A DNA stretch of 64,000 nucleotides from Dehalococcoidia bacterium (GTDB taxonomy: Bacteria > Chloroflexota > Dehalococcoidia > Bin125): assembly GCA_963555985.3 (NCBI GenBank), contig OY820591.1:160001-224000 (forward strand), read 5' to 3'. Shown one piece after another: positions 49,201 through 60,137 of this stretch (position 1 is its first letter; each line of letters begins with the position of its first letter). The notes beneath the pieces are model-generated. The model was not told where the DNA came from, did not search any database, and worked only from the letters and a program-made list of their open reading frames with translations. Both the position numbers and the translations under genes were made by a program.

Positions 49201-50280
49201 CTTTGCCCTAAATCTGTCTCGATGAGCTTCGATCCGTTCGCTGAGGTCCGAATCGGGGAAGACTTTCAACCCGAACTTGCCCATCCTCAGGTCATCCCGC
49301 CCGTACCATTTCCGTCCAAACAGACGCCAGCGCTCTGCTTCCTGCGTACAACCTGAGATCACCCAGTCGTACACGGACCTGGCAAGCATGTCGCTGATCT
49401 CGAGAGGATGGGAGCCGCGTTTGGGTCGGAAACTCACTCCGGGCTCCAGGTATCTCTGAAATGCCCTGTTGGACACCCAACGTGTGCCGTAACGAAGGGT
49501 CTCGGCCACACATAACTGCACTTCGACGTCCTCCCGAGGTCCTCTTGCCTCAAATGTCAGCCTGCCGAGCGGATATTCGGTATTGGCTGCCAGAAAGTCG
49601 ACGACCCGTTCAAGCAGCAGGTGTACTGCCAATTCGTAGAAGTCAACAGGCAGAAACGGGTCCTTACCTGTGGCCAGAAACTCACGGCCGAAGACCTGCT
49701 TGCGTACTGCGACGGCAAAAGCCGTGAACTCAGTGTCATCGATCAATTGATCAACGGCCCGATCGAACTCTTGCTGCTTTTGAACATCGCCTCGAAAGTA
49801 GAAATCACCGAGGCGTCGGCTCATTTCCGGTTCGTGCAGTACCACCTCCGGGAGGCCGAAATCCCTCTTCAACCTGTCGGCGCGAACACGGTAGTTCTCC
49901 TTTTCACCCTCTGTGATCGCGATGGTGCCTAATGCGAAGCAACCGTTCTCGCCTTCCGACGCGGTCAGCCTCGGTACCCCGGACTCATCAGCGAAGAACA
50001 GCCGCAACGGTCGCTGGTCGCGGTTGGGATTTCCCGAACCTGCGCGGCGCTTGAAGTGGTTTCGACCCGGAATGGGTCCGGTTACGCGCATCAAGTGGGA
50101 CTGTTCGAGGTGCAGAAGTTGGGACACGACAGTCGCGACATCGACTTCGTCCCCGATGCCGGCTCGTCGCACCAGGTTTTGAAGTAGCTCGCTGAATCGC
50201 GCAGCTTCAGCAATGGCACGAGTCTGGCGCAACGCAAGCAGACCAGTCGAGGAGGCGTCCTCTCGCGATGAGTTTGGCAT
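49198..50280 (-). CDS. DUF3800 domain (RNase H-fold) protein
   Basis: FFADESG, LH.PE, EARGPRED, LEISDMLA, GLKVFP; atypical codon usage. Confidence 0.8.
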   Translation of the reverse strand: MPNSSREDASSTGLLALRQTRAIAEAARFSELLQNLVRRAGIGDEVDVATVVSQLLHLEQSHLMRVTGPIPGRNHFKRRAGSGNPNRDQRPLRLFFADESGVPRLTASEGENGCFALGTIAITEGEKENYRVRADRLKRDFGLPEVVLHEPEMSRRLGDFYFRGDVQKQQEFDRAVDQLIDDTEFTAFAVAVRKQVFGREFLATGKDPFLPVDFYELAVHLLLERVVDFLAANTEYPLGRLTFEARGPREDVEVQLCVAETLRYGTRWVSNRAFQRYLEPGVSFRPKRGSHPLEISDMLARSVYDWVISGCTQEAERWRLFGRKWYGRDDLRMGKFGLKVFPDSDLSERIEAHRDRFRAK

Positions 50281-50550
50281 TTCTTTAGAGTATTGGCTGA
50301 CTCTGATAAACAAGCGACAACCTCTCGATTATCCATAAACTCCTGTGAGTCGTGGATTGTCTGGACAAACGTTGCTCGCCTCTTGGAGAGAGGTGAATTG
50401 ACGCCCGCGTCCGATCGTGCCCTGACGAGACCTTGCCAATTGCTGGCACTGCGGCGACCAGAATCCGACACTCCACTCCCCACCCCCATTCTTGCAACCC
50501 CAACCACGCCCTTCCTAGCATGAACCCCCAAACAGACGAAAGGCGGCACC

Positions 50551-52158
<1,608 letters not shown>

Positions 52159-52193
52159 GCCACTGACAGCAGCGCTCCTCAGTTGACGGCAGG

Positions 52194-53027
52194 ATGCCAG
52201 TGTCCGACTTCGACACGTTCGACCTCTACCAGGTGCTCGGCGTCGACCGCGACGCCTCGGAGGCCGAAATCCGCGACGCCTTCAACCGCGCCGCCCTGAC
52301 CGAGCATCCCGACCGCAGCGGCCACCCCGACGCCGACCAACGCATCCGCCGCGTCTACCAGGCCCGCGACACCCTGCTCAACGCCAGGCTGCGCGCCGCC
52401 TACGATCCCGACGCCGACCAACGCGACCGCCGCGAGGCCCAGGAGCGGGACCAGCAGCGGCAGCGCCAAAGCCCCCCGCGACGCACGCCGGAGCAGCCCA
52501 AACCACGCTGGCGCTCACGCCCCCGGCCACGTCCCGAACCATCGCCGCGGCAGGAGCAACCGGAACGACCGGAGCACGAGCACGATCGAGCTGCGGCGCA
52601 AGCGGAACTGCGCGACCTGGCCGGCGCCACGATCCTCACGCAGCGCCGCTGGTTCCACGCCGATCCCGATCGCCGGGACTACAACCCCGCCGCCTACGCC
52701 GAGTTCCAGCGCCAGGAGCAGCGCTACTTCATGGCCTTGCGCTTTGGCCCGGGACTCTTCTTCGCCTTGCTCGCCATCGGATCGTTCGCGACCGGCGATA
52801 CCGTAGGCGGCATCATCTCTCTGGTCGTTACCGTGGTCGCCTTGGTCGCCTGCGCATATCTCGCCGGGATCGCGTGGTTCGTCTGGCTCTACCTCATCGT
52901 CGCCGTCTCAACCGTCGAACTAGCCAAACTCGTCTACGCCGCCCTGCGCGTCACCTTCTACTTCATCCGCAGTCAGCTCCGGCAACGACGAGAAGCACGC
53001 ACAAGCCCATCCGCCTCGGACGACTGA
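52194..53027 (+). CDS. J-domain protein with C-terminal membrane segments
   Basis: DLYQVLGV..HPD..LL..RAAYD; hydrophobic C-terminus. Confidence 0.88.
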   Translation: MPVSDFDTFDLYQVLGVDRDASEAEIRDAFNRAALTEHPDRSGHPDADQRIRRVYQARDTLLNARLRAAYDPDADQRDRREAQERDQQRQRQSPPRRTPEQPKPRWRSRPRPRPEPSPRQEQPERPEHEHDRAAAQAELRDLAGATILTQRRWFHADPDRRDYNPAAYAEFQRQEQRYFMALRFGPGLFFALLAIGSFATGDTVGGIISLVVTVVALVACAYLAGIAWFVWLYLIVAVSTVELAKLVYAALRVTFYFIRSQLRQRREARTSPSASDD

Positions 53028-53096
53028 ACCCAGCGACGTTTGAGGGCGCTTCGCTGACCACACCCAACCCCAACCCCCGCTCGATACACTGACCCC

Positions 53097-53540
53097 ATGA
53101 CCACCACCGACCAACCCCTCTCCATCGACGACATCCTCAACCAGCCTGCATACGGTCGCGGCTGGATCATCGGCCCCGTCACCCACGTCGATCAATCTCG
53201 CCGCCAATGCCAGGTCGCCGACCGCACCGGCGACACAGTCACCGTCTGCTACCGCCCCGAAGACGAACAAGCCGTGCTGCGCTCACTCAAGCACCCCGAC
53301 GAGTGTCGCTTGAAGGCGCTGGGTCTCGCCGAGTACCAGCCCGGCTCGGTAATGACGAGCATGGCCGACATCGAGCAGCTGTTTCTGATTACGCGGGAGG
53401 AGGCCGAGCACCTGACGTTCTTCAGCCTCTGGCGCGAAATGTGGGATGCGGTCGACCGCAGTGACTGGCCCAAGCTGCCCGCAGACATGGCAGAAAACCA
53501 CGACGAATATCTGGCCCGCGAATATCACAATGACGACTGA
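53097..53540 (+). CDS. putative antitoxin
   Basis: C-terminal WPKLPADMAENHDEYL tail; overlaps PIN gene. Confidence 0.65.
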   Translation: MTTTDQPLSIDDILNQPAYGRGWIIGPVTHVDQSRRQCQVADRTGDTVTVCYRPEDEQAVLRSLKHPDECRLKALGLAEYQPGSVMTSMADIEQLFLITREEAEHLTFFSLWREMWDAVDRSDWPKLPADMAENHDEYLAREYHNDD

Positions 53541-53946
53541 GATCTTCGCCGACACCGTGTTCTGGTTCGGTCTGATCAATCCGGAAGACTACTGGCATCA
53601 ATCAGCGCAACAAGCCAGCGAAGCGCTGAACGGCATCACGGTTGTCACGACTGAAGGAGTGCTCTCCGAGTTACTCGCCCTCGCCTCTCGACCCCAGACG
53701 CCGGTCCGTCGCGATGCCGCCGATCTGGTGTACAGTCTCCAACGCTCCAGTGAACACATCATCATCCCCCAGACCCACGAACTCTTCCAACGCGGACTCG
53801 ACCTCTACGCCCGCCGCGCCGCTTCCACCCTCAGCCTCCAGGACTGCATCTCCATGATCGTCATGCGCGATCGCAACATCACCGATGTGCTCACCGCCGA
53901 CGCCGAATTCCGAGGCTTCGGCTTCCGCCTCCTGATGCAGCGCTGA
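53530..53946 (+). CDS. PIN-domain VapC toxin
   Basis: FADTVFW, VLSE, SLQDCIS, TADAEF. Confidence 0.9.
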   Translation: MTTEIFADTVFWFGLINPEDYWHQSAQQASEALNGITVVTTEGVLSELLALASRPQTPVRRDAADLVYSLQRSSEHIIIPQTHELFQRGLDLYARRAASTLSLQDCISMIVMRDRNITDVLTADAEFRGFGFRLLMQR

Positions 53947-54004
53947 GACCAAGCCCGCCCACGTGCGATAATGCCCCCAAACCACGACGCTTGGGGGTGC
54001 TGCG

Positions 54005-56182
54005 GTGACCAAATCTGCCCAAACCAAACGCAAAACCAGCCCGGCCTCCACCGGCAAGCGCGTCTCCGCTCTCGCCATCCCCGCCTGGCTCCCACTCGGC
54101 GGACTCCTGCTCGTCTCCGGCGTCGAGACCGTCCGCGTCACCGGTGCCCACCGCGAACTCTTCTTCAACATCGACAACTTCTGGGTTCTCTACCTCCTCC
54201 TCCCCTTTGTCATCAGCATCATCATCTACGGACTCGTCCGCCGCTCCCGAGTCTGGCGGCTGGGCAAGCCTCAGTTCTCATTCGACAACCTCCCCACCCG
54301 CATCCTCCGCGTCCTCCGCGGCGGCGCAGGTACCGAGCGCGTCCTCCGCGACGGCTACTCGGGCGTCATGCACATCTGCATCATGTCCTCGATGATCGTC
54401 CTCTTCCTCGTCACCGCACTGCTCGCGATCGACGACTACATCCCCGTCGACATCCTCGTCGGACCCCGCTACCTCGGCTACTCCCTCGTCGCCGACATCT
54501 TCGGCATCGTCGGACTAATCGGCGTCGGCATGGCCATCGGTCACCGCTGGGCTCGCCCCCGCACCGCCTGGCTGCCCACCTGGGAAGACTGGCTGATCGT
54601 CGGCGGACTCGGCATCCTCCTGATCTCCGGCTTCATCGTCGAGGGTCTCCGCATCCACACCTCCGAGATCCACGTCAACCCCGAGTGGTCCTACTGGTCG
54701 CCCGGCGGCTGGATCGTCGCCAAGATCTTCTCCGGCGTCCGCATCGACGCCGCCCTCGACATGCACCGCGCCTTCTGGTGGTTCCACATGATCGGCGCGC
54801 TCGCCTGGATCACCCTGCTCGGCTACTCCAAGCTCAACCACCTCCTCCTCGCCCCGGCCAACGCCTTCTTCAAGCGCACCTCCGCCCCCGGCAAACTCGA
54901 CATGATCGAGGACATCGAGGAGCAGGAACACTTCGGCGTCGCCGAGCTCGAACACTTCACCATGAAGCAACTCTTCGAGCTCGATGTCTGCGTCCGCTGC
55001 GGACGCTGCACCGACAACTGCCCCGCTGATATCGCCGGACAACCCCTCTCGCCGATGCACATCATCCAGGACCTCAAGTCCTACGCCACCGCCGTCGGCG
55101 AGCAGAAGGTCGCCAACCAGATGCGCGGCGACGAACTCAACTTCGGCCTCGAAGATCACGCCCCAATGGTCGGCGGCGTCATCCGAGACGAATCGCTCTG
55201 GGCCTGCCGCACCTGCGGCGCCTGCGTCGAAGCCTGCCCCGTCTTCATCGAACACATCCCCACCATCGTCGACATGCGCCGCTCCCTGGTCATGGAAGAA
55301 GCGCGCATGCCCGACACCGTCCAGGGCACCCTCGAAACCCTCGAACGCCAGGGCCACCCCTGGCGCGGAACCCCCTACACCCGCGAGTCCTGGATGGAAG
55401 GCATCGAAGTCCCCGAATGGACCGGCGAGCAGGAGTACCTCTACTTCGTCGGCTGCACCGGTGCCTTCGTCGACCGCGCCCAGGCCGTCACCCGTTCCGT
55501 CGTCTCCCTCCTCCGCGAGGCCAACGTCTCCTTCGGCGTGCTCGCCGGCATGGAGTCCTGCAACGGCGACCCCGCCCGACGCCTCGGACACGAGTACCTC
55601 TACCAGATTCTCGCCGAGGGCCTGATCGAACTCTTCAACGAAGAGGGCGTCAAAAAAATCATCACCCACTGCCCCCACTGCTTCAACACCTTCCTCAACG
55701 AGTACCCCGACATGGGCGGCCAGTACGAGGTCATCCACCACACCCAACTCCTCGAACAACTCCTCAACGACGGCAAACTCGAACCCCGCGAGGAAACCCC
55801 CGAACAAACCGTCACCTACCACGACAGTTGCTACCTGGGCCGCCACAACGACATCTTCGAAGCCCCCCGCCGCATCCTCGAACAGGTCCCCAACGTCACC
55901 CTGATCGAAATGCCCCGCAACCGCGAACAAGGCCTCTGCTGCGGAGCCGGCGGCGGCAACATGTGGATGGAAGAACAAGGCCGCAGCCGCGTCAACGAAG
56001 TCCGCGTCGAAGAAGCCGTCGCAACGGGCGCCGACAGCGCCTGCACCGCCTGCCCCTTCTGCATCCAAATGTTCGACTCCGGCATCGGAACCGTCCAACT
56101 AGACCTCGAAGACCAAGAAAAACTCAAAGTCCTAGACGTAGCCGAACTCCTCCAAGCCTCGGCCGTCGCCGACACCGACTAG
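54005..56182 (+). CDS. membrane Fe-S oxidoreductase (HdrD/FadF-like, probable ETF:quinone oxidoreductase)
   Basis: N-terminal TM region, CVRCGRCTDNCP, CRTCGACVEACP, two CCG-type domains; same strand as etfBA. Confidence 0.88.
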   Translation: MTKSAQTKRKTSPASTGKRVSALAIPAWLPLGGLLLVSGVETVRVTGAHRELFFNIDNFWVLYLLLPFVISIIIYGLVRRSRVWRLGKPQFSFDNLPTRILRVLRGGAGTERVLRDGYSGVMHICIMSSMIVLFLVTALLAIDDYIPVDILVGPRYLGYSLVADIFGIVGLIGVGMAIGHRWARPRTAWLPTWEDWLIVGGLGILLISGFIVEGLRIHTSEIHVNPEWSYWSPGGWIVAKIFSGVRIDAALDMHRAFWWFHMIGALAWITLLGYSKLNHLLLAPANAFFKRTSAPGKLDMIEDIEEQEHFGVAELEHFTMKQLFELDVCVRCGRCTDNCPADIAGQPLSPMHIIQDLKSYATAVGEQKVANQMRGDELNFGLEDHAPMVGGVIRDESLWACRTCGACVEACPVFIEHIPTIVDMRRSLVMEEARMPDTVQGTLETLERQGHPWRGTPYTRESWMEGIEVPEWTGEQEYLYFVGCTGAFVDRAQAVTRSVVSLLREANVSFGVLAGMESCNGDPARRLGHEYLYQILAEGLIELFNEEGVKKIITHCPHCFNTFLNEYPDMGGQYEVIHHTQLLEQLLNDGKLEPREETPEQTVTYHDSCYLGRHNDIFEAPRRILEQVPNVTLIEMPRNREQGLCCGAGGGNMWMEEQGRSRVNEVRVEEAVATGADSACTACPFCIQMFDSGIGTVQLDLEDQEKLKVLDVAELLQASAVADTD

Positions 56183-56184
56183 AG

Positions 56185-56280
56185 ATCCCTCTCCCGCACA
56201 CCGCGGGCGAAGATGTCGCACCGCGCTTCTAAACTCTCCCCCCCTTTGCGGGGGGAGATGCCGAAGGCAGAGGGGGGGCG
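56185..56280 (+). repeat. tandem REP family A
   Basis: degenerate unit then ctctcccccctttgcgggggagatgccgaaggcagagggggg. Confidence 0.85.
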
Positions 56281-56335
56281 ACCGCCCAAGACCCCACCCC
56301 CCATCCGCTACGCTCGCACCACCGACCGGAGCGAC

Positions 56336-57067
56336 ATGTCCACTGCCGATGCCTCATCCACCGCCCAAACCTTGGTCCGCTTCCGCCTGCCGGAACCGCC
56401 GGAGCGGAATCCCGACGAAGTGACTTCTTACGACTACGTCCATCTGACCGGCAACCCGCATTTCCTGGCGCAGCACTTCGCCCAGCCCGAGACGACGCTC
56501 GTCAGCGCGGAGCGCTACCTCGTCGCCGCTCGCGGCTCTCGACTGCGCCGCGTCCCCGACCTGCTGATCGCCTTCGACGTCGATCCCGAGCTGTACTACG
56601 AGCAGAACGGCTACGTGATCTCGGACCAGGGCAAACCGCCCGACTTCATCCTCGAGGTCGCTTCGCCCAGCACGGCGAAGATCGACACGGTCGACAAGCG
56701 GCGCGACTACGCCGCCCTGGGCGTGCGCGAGTACTGGCGCTTCGACCACACGGGCGAGTGGCACGGCGCGCGTTTGGCCGGCGACCGGCTGGTCGGCGAG
56801 CGTTACGAGCCGATCCCGATCGTCGAGTTGTCAGCGGGCGTCTTGCAAGGCGAGAGCGAGGCCCTGGGCCTCTGGCTGCGTTGGGAACAGGGCGCGCTCG
56901 GTTGGTACGACCCCGCCACCGGCCAACACATCCCCACCTTCGACGCGGAGCGGGAAGGCCGCCTAGCCGAGCGTGAGGGTCGGATAGCCGAGCGCGAGGC
57001 GCGATTGGCTGCGGAAGCGCGGGTGCGGGAACTTGAGGCGGAGTTGCGGCGGCGCGGTGAGCGCTAG
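56336..57067 (+). CDS. Uma2 family endonuclease (tandem copy 1)
   Basis: VPDLL, PDFILEVASPST, DKRRDYAALGVREYWRFD. Confidence 0.9.
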   Translation: MSTADASSTAQTLVRFRLPEPPERNPDEVTSYDYVHLTGNPHFLAQHFAQPETTLVSAERYLVAARGSRLRRVPDLLIAFDVDPELYYEQNGYVISDQGKPPDFILEVASPSTAKIDTVDKRRDYAALGVREYWRFDHTGEWHGARLAGDRLVGERYEPIPIVELSAGVLQGESEALGLWLRWEQGALGWYDPATGQHIPTFDAEREGRLAEREGRIAEREARLAAEARVRELEAELRRRGER

Positions 57068-57099
57068 CGGCGTATCCTCCCACCACCGACCGGAGCGAC

Positions 57100-57852
57100 A
57101 TGTCCAGCGCCGATGCCGTCCCCACCACGCCGACCCAAGTCCGCTTCCGCCTGCCGGAACCGCCGGAGCGGAATCCCGACGAAGTGACTTCTTACGACTA
57201 CGTCCATCTGACCGGCAACCCGCATTTCCTGGCGCAGCACTTCGCCCAGCCCGAGACGACGCTCGTCAGCGCGGAGCGCTACCTCGTCGCCGCTCGCGGC
57301 TCTCGACTGCGCCGCGTCCCCGACCTGCTGATCGCCTTCGACGTCGATCCCGAGCTGTACTACGAGCAGAACGGCTACGTGATCTCGGACCAGGGCAAAC
57401 CGCCCGATTTCATCCTCGAGGTCGCCTCGCCCAGCACGGCGAAGATCGACACGATCGACAAACGGCGCGACTACGCCGCCCTGGGCGTGCGCGAGTACTG
57501 GCGCTTCGACCACACGGGCGAGTGGCACGGCGCGCGTTTGGCCGGCGACCGCCTGGTCGGCGAGCGTTACGAGCCGATCCCGATCGTGGAGTTGTCAGCG
57601 GGCGTCTTGCAAGGCGAGAGCGAGGCCTTGGGTCTGTGGCTGCGCTGGGAGCAGGGCGCGCTCGGTTGGTACGACCCGGCGACGGGGCGGCACATCCCCA
57701 CCTTCGACGCGGAACGAGAAGCTCGGTTAGCTGCGGAAGTACGAGCCGATGCGGAGCGAGAGACTCGCCTGGCCGAGCGCGAAGGCCGTTTAGCGGCCGA
57801 AGCACGGGTGCGAGAGTTAGAAGAAGAACTGCAACGCCTGCGCGAACCCTGA
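57100..57852 (+). CDS. Uma2 family endonuclease (tandem copy 2)
   Basis: core nearly identical to copy 1; 764-bp period. Confidence 0.9.
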   Translation: MSSADAVPTTPTQVRFRLPEPPERNPDEVTSYDYVHLTGNPHFLAQHFAQPETTLVSAERYLVAARGSRLRRVPDLLIAFDVDPELYYEQNGYVISDQGKPPDFILEVASPSTAKIDTIDKRRDYAALGVREYWRFDHTGEWHGARLAGDRLVGERYEPIPIVELSAGVLQGESEALGLWLRWEQGALGWYDPATGRHIPTFDAEREARLAAEVRADAERETRLAEREGRLAAEARVRELEEELQRLREP

Positions 57853-57861
57853 TCACCGCCC

Positions 57862-58001
57862 CGCTCCCCGCTCCCCCTGTGGCGGGAACCGCCGCGAAAG
57901 GACGCTCCCCTCCCCCCTTGCGGGGGGAGATGTCACGTAGTGACAGAGGGGGGTCCCCCTCGGATCCAGAGCCCGAATTCCCGCTCAAGCCGGCAATGAC
58001 G
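57862..58001 (+). repeat. tandem REP family A plus degenerate family C half
   Basis: ctccccccttgcggggggagatgtcacgtagtgacagagggggg; attcccgctcaagccggcaatgacg. Confidence 0.8.
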
Positions 58002-58049
58002 AAAACGACATCTGCGCAACAATCTCCCCCAAGAACGCACACTCCCAAT

Positions 58050-58078
58050 TTGACATCCCCACCCAAACACCCCAATAT
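58050..58078 (+). promoter_or_regulatory. sigma70-type promoter TTGACA-17-CAATAT
   Basis: exact -35 and 17-bp spacer upstream of 58116. Confidence 0.5.
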
Positions 58079-58115
58079 CGAATATCCGCGCTAACTCGCA
58101 ACCGAAAGCCGACCC

Positions 58116-58922
58116 ATGTCCCAACCCACCTCCAAACCGCCCACCCCAAGACGCTGCCAACGCATCCTCCAGGCCCATCACCTCCGCTGCCAGGGACTCT
58201 CGCTCACCCAGATCGCCGCGGCTATGAACTGCGCCCGCTCCACCTCCGCCGCCTACCTCCGCGACCTCCGCCTCCACCATCACCACATCCTCCAGACCCT
58301 CGTCGAAGACCAACTCCTCGACCACATCCAACTCCTGACCGAACCCGGCCAGGAGCCCAAACAACACCAGCAGCGAGTCGCCACCGCGCGCGAACTCCGC
58401 CTCCTCCTCACTGCGCTCCCCAAGATCGAAGCCGCCCGCGAGCGCAAGCGCGAACAACCCGGCTCCGACGAACCCGCCGAAGAGCAACCGCCCTGCTCCC
58501 AGTACGACCACGCCTTCGCCCTGGTGAACGGCCAAGACCGTCCCGACAACTGTCCCGACGACTGCGAGTTCACCAAGCCCCCCTACGCCCGCGACCTGGA
58601 TTCCCCTGGACAAACCGAGCCAGACCGAGAACCATCCCCCCAAATCAGCCCGCAATCCAGCCAAATCGAGCAGAATCTGGACAAATCCGGACTACCCCCG
58701 AGCGCATCCCCCGCTCCGGACAGTGAATTCTCCCCGCCTGCTCCAATTTCGCGCCCCAAACCCAAAGTCGGCCCGCAATACCCCTACCACGAGTACGACA
58801 ATCCCTTCGGCCACGCGCCCAAACCGACCCTGGAAGGGCTCCTCGTCGAACGCCACCTCGCCGGACTCTCCCCGCCCCGCGAATACCCCTACTTCGAGCC
58901 GCTCAAGCCGCTCAATCTGTGA
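58116..58922 (+). CDS. HTH-domain protein with Pro-rich, 10-bp-repeat-containing tail
   Basis: GLSLTQIAAAMNCARSTSAAYL helix-turn-helix. Confidence 0.6.
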   Translation: MSQPTSKPPTPRRCQRILQAHHLRCQGLSLTQIAAAMNCARSTSAAYLRDLRLHHHHILQTLVEDQLLDHIQLLTEPGQEPKQHQQRVATARELRLLLTALPKIEAARERKREQPGSDEPAEEQPPCSQYDHAFALVNGQDRPDNCPDDCEFTKPPYARDLDSPGQTEPDREPSPQISPQSSQIEQNLDKSGLPPSASPAPDSEFSPPAPISRPKPKVGPQYPYHEYDNPFGHAPKPTLEGLLVERHLAGLSPPREYPYFEPLKPLNL

Positions 58923-58992
58923 CCCCCGGCATTGCCCCAGTCGCCACAGCGCGGTACAAACGTCTACGTAGCCCAGACTGCGAGGACATCAC

Positions 58993-59796
58993 ATGGACGC
59001 CATCGTCTGCGTTAAGCAGATCCCAGACCCCGAAACCCCAGCCGCCGCCTTCAAGGTCGACGAGGCCGCCATGCGCGTGCTCCCGGCCCAGGGCATCTCC
59101 CCCGTCATCTCTCCCTTCGACGCCCAGGCCGTCGAGGCCGCCCTCCGGCTCGCCGACGCCGACGGCGGCGGCGCCGTCAACATCATCTCCCTCGGACCCG
59201 ACTCCGCCCGCGACGCCATCAAGCATTCCCTCGCCATGGGCGCAAACGAGGGCTACCACCTCCACGACGACGCCTTCGAAGGCGGCGACGCTTGGACTAC
59301 CGCCCTCGCCCTCAGCAAGGCCATCGAACACATCGGCATCCCCGACGTGCTCATCTTCGGCCGCCAGGCCGCCGATTGGGACCAGGGCACCGTCGGCAGC
59401 ATCGTCGCCGAGCTGCTCGATCTCCCCTCTGCCACCGTCCTCCGCGCCGTCGAAATGACCGACGCCGGCATCAAAGTCTCCCGCGTCGTCGCCGACGGCT
59501 TCGAGACCGTCGAACTCCCCACCCCCTGCGTACTCACTATCTCCAACGAGTTCGGCGACCCCCGCTACCCCCAACTCCGCCAAATCATGCGCGCCGCCCG
59601 CAAACAAGTCACCGAACTCACCGCCGCCGACCTCGGCCTTGACCCCGCCGAAGTCGGAGCCGCCGGAGCCCGAGTCCAGATGCACGCCCTCTACCAACCC
59701 ACCTCCGACGTCGAAGTCGAAATCATCGAGGGAGACACCCCCGAAGAAAAAGCCGCCGGCCTCGTCAACGCCCTCCGCGAAGCCAAAATCATCTAG
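58993..59796 (+). CDS. etfB: electron transfer flavoprotein beta subunit
   Basis: VCVKQIPD, LAMGA, GRQAADWDQG, PRYP. Confidence 0.95.
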   Translation: MDAIVCVKQIPDPETPAAAFKVDEAAMRVLPAQGISPVISPFDAQAVEAALRLADADGGGAVNIISLGPDSARDAIKHSLAMGANEGYHLHDDAFEGGDAWTTALALSKAIEHIGIPDVLIFGRQAADWDQGTVGSIVAELLDLPSATVLRAVEMTDAGIKVSRVVADGFETVELPTPCVLTISNEFGDPRYPQLRQIMRAARKQVTELTAADLGLDPAEVGAAGARVQMHALYQPTSDVEVEIIEGDTPEEKAAGLVNALREAKII

Positions 59797-59817
59797 CAAT
59801 CCGTCATTCCCGCGAAA

Positions 59818-59952
59818 GGAGGCCTTTGCAAAACTTCCGTTTCCGTCATTCCCGCGCAGGCGGGAATCCATACAGCGTCTCGAGTGAGACGTGGATTCTT
59901 GCTTTCGCAAGAATGACGAAACGCTCGGATCGGAGATTTTGCAAAGCTCTCC
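59818..59952. mobile_element. second MITE copy with GAAA duplication in a REP family C loop
   Basis: attcccgc-GAAA-[ggaggcctttgcaaaa...ttttgcaaagctctcc]-GAAA-gcgggaat. Confidence 0.75.
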
Positions 59953-59965
59953 GAAAGCGGGAATC

Positions 59966-60106
59966 CACCCCCTCTAGACCTCCGGAGGGCTGCCGCGAAA
60001 GGACAATCCCCTCTCCCGCCCACCGCAGGAGAAGACATCCCGAAACAGATCCCCTCTCCCCCCCTTGCGGGGGGAGATGTCACGAAGTGACAGAGGGGGG
60101 TCCCCT
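59966..60106 (+). repeat. tandem REP family A (two degenerate units plus one intact)
   Basis: ccctctccccccttgcggggggagatgtcacgaagtgacagagggggg. Confidence 0.85.
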
Positions 60107-60137
60107 CAACAACCACCAGAGAAGGAAAACCCCAACC

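Noticed and set aside
50329-50337. DnaA-box-like TTATCCATA
   Set aside because: Single mismatched site in a divergent promoter gap; expected by chance
59801-60106. CRISPR array or integron attC sites from clustered palindromes
   Set aside because: No constant repeat with unique equal-length spacers, no cas or intI gene, and no GTTRRRY cores
59826-60137. 104-aa N-terminal extension of EtfA (and likewise 56213-56335 on Uma2)
   Set aside because: Read-through of stop-free repeats; better starts with RBS at 60138 and 56336
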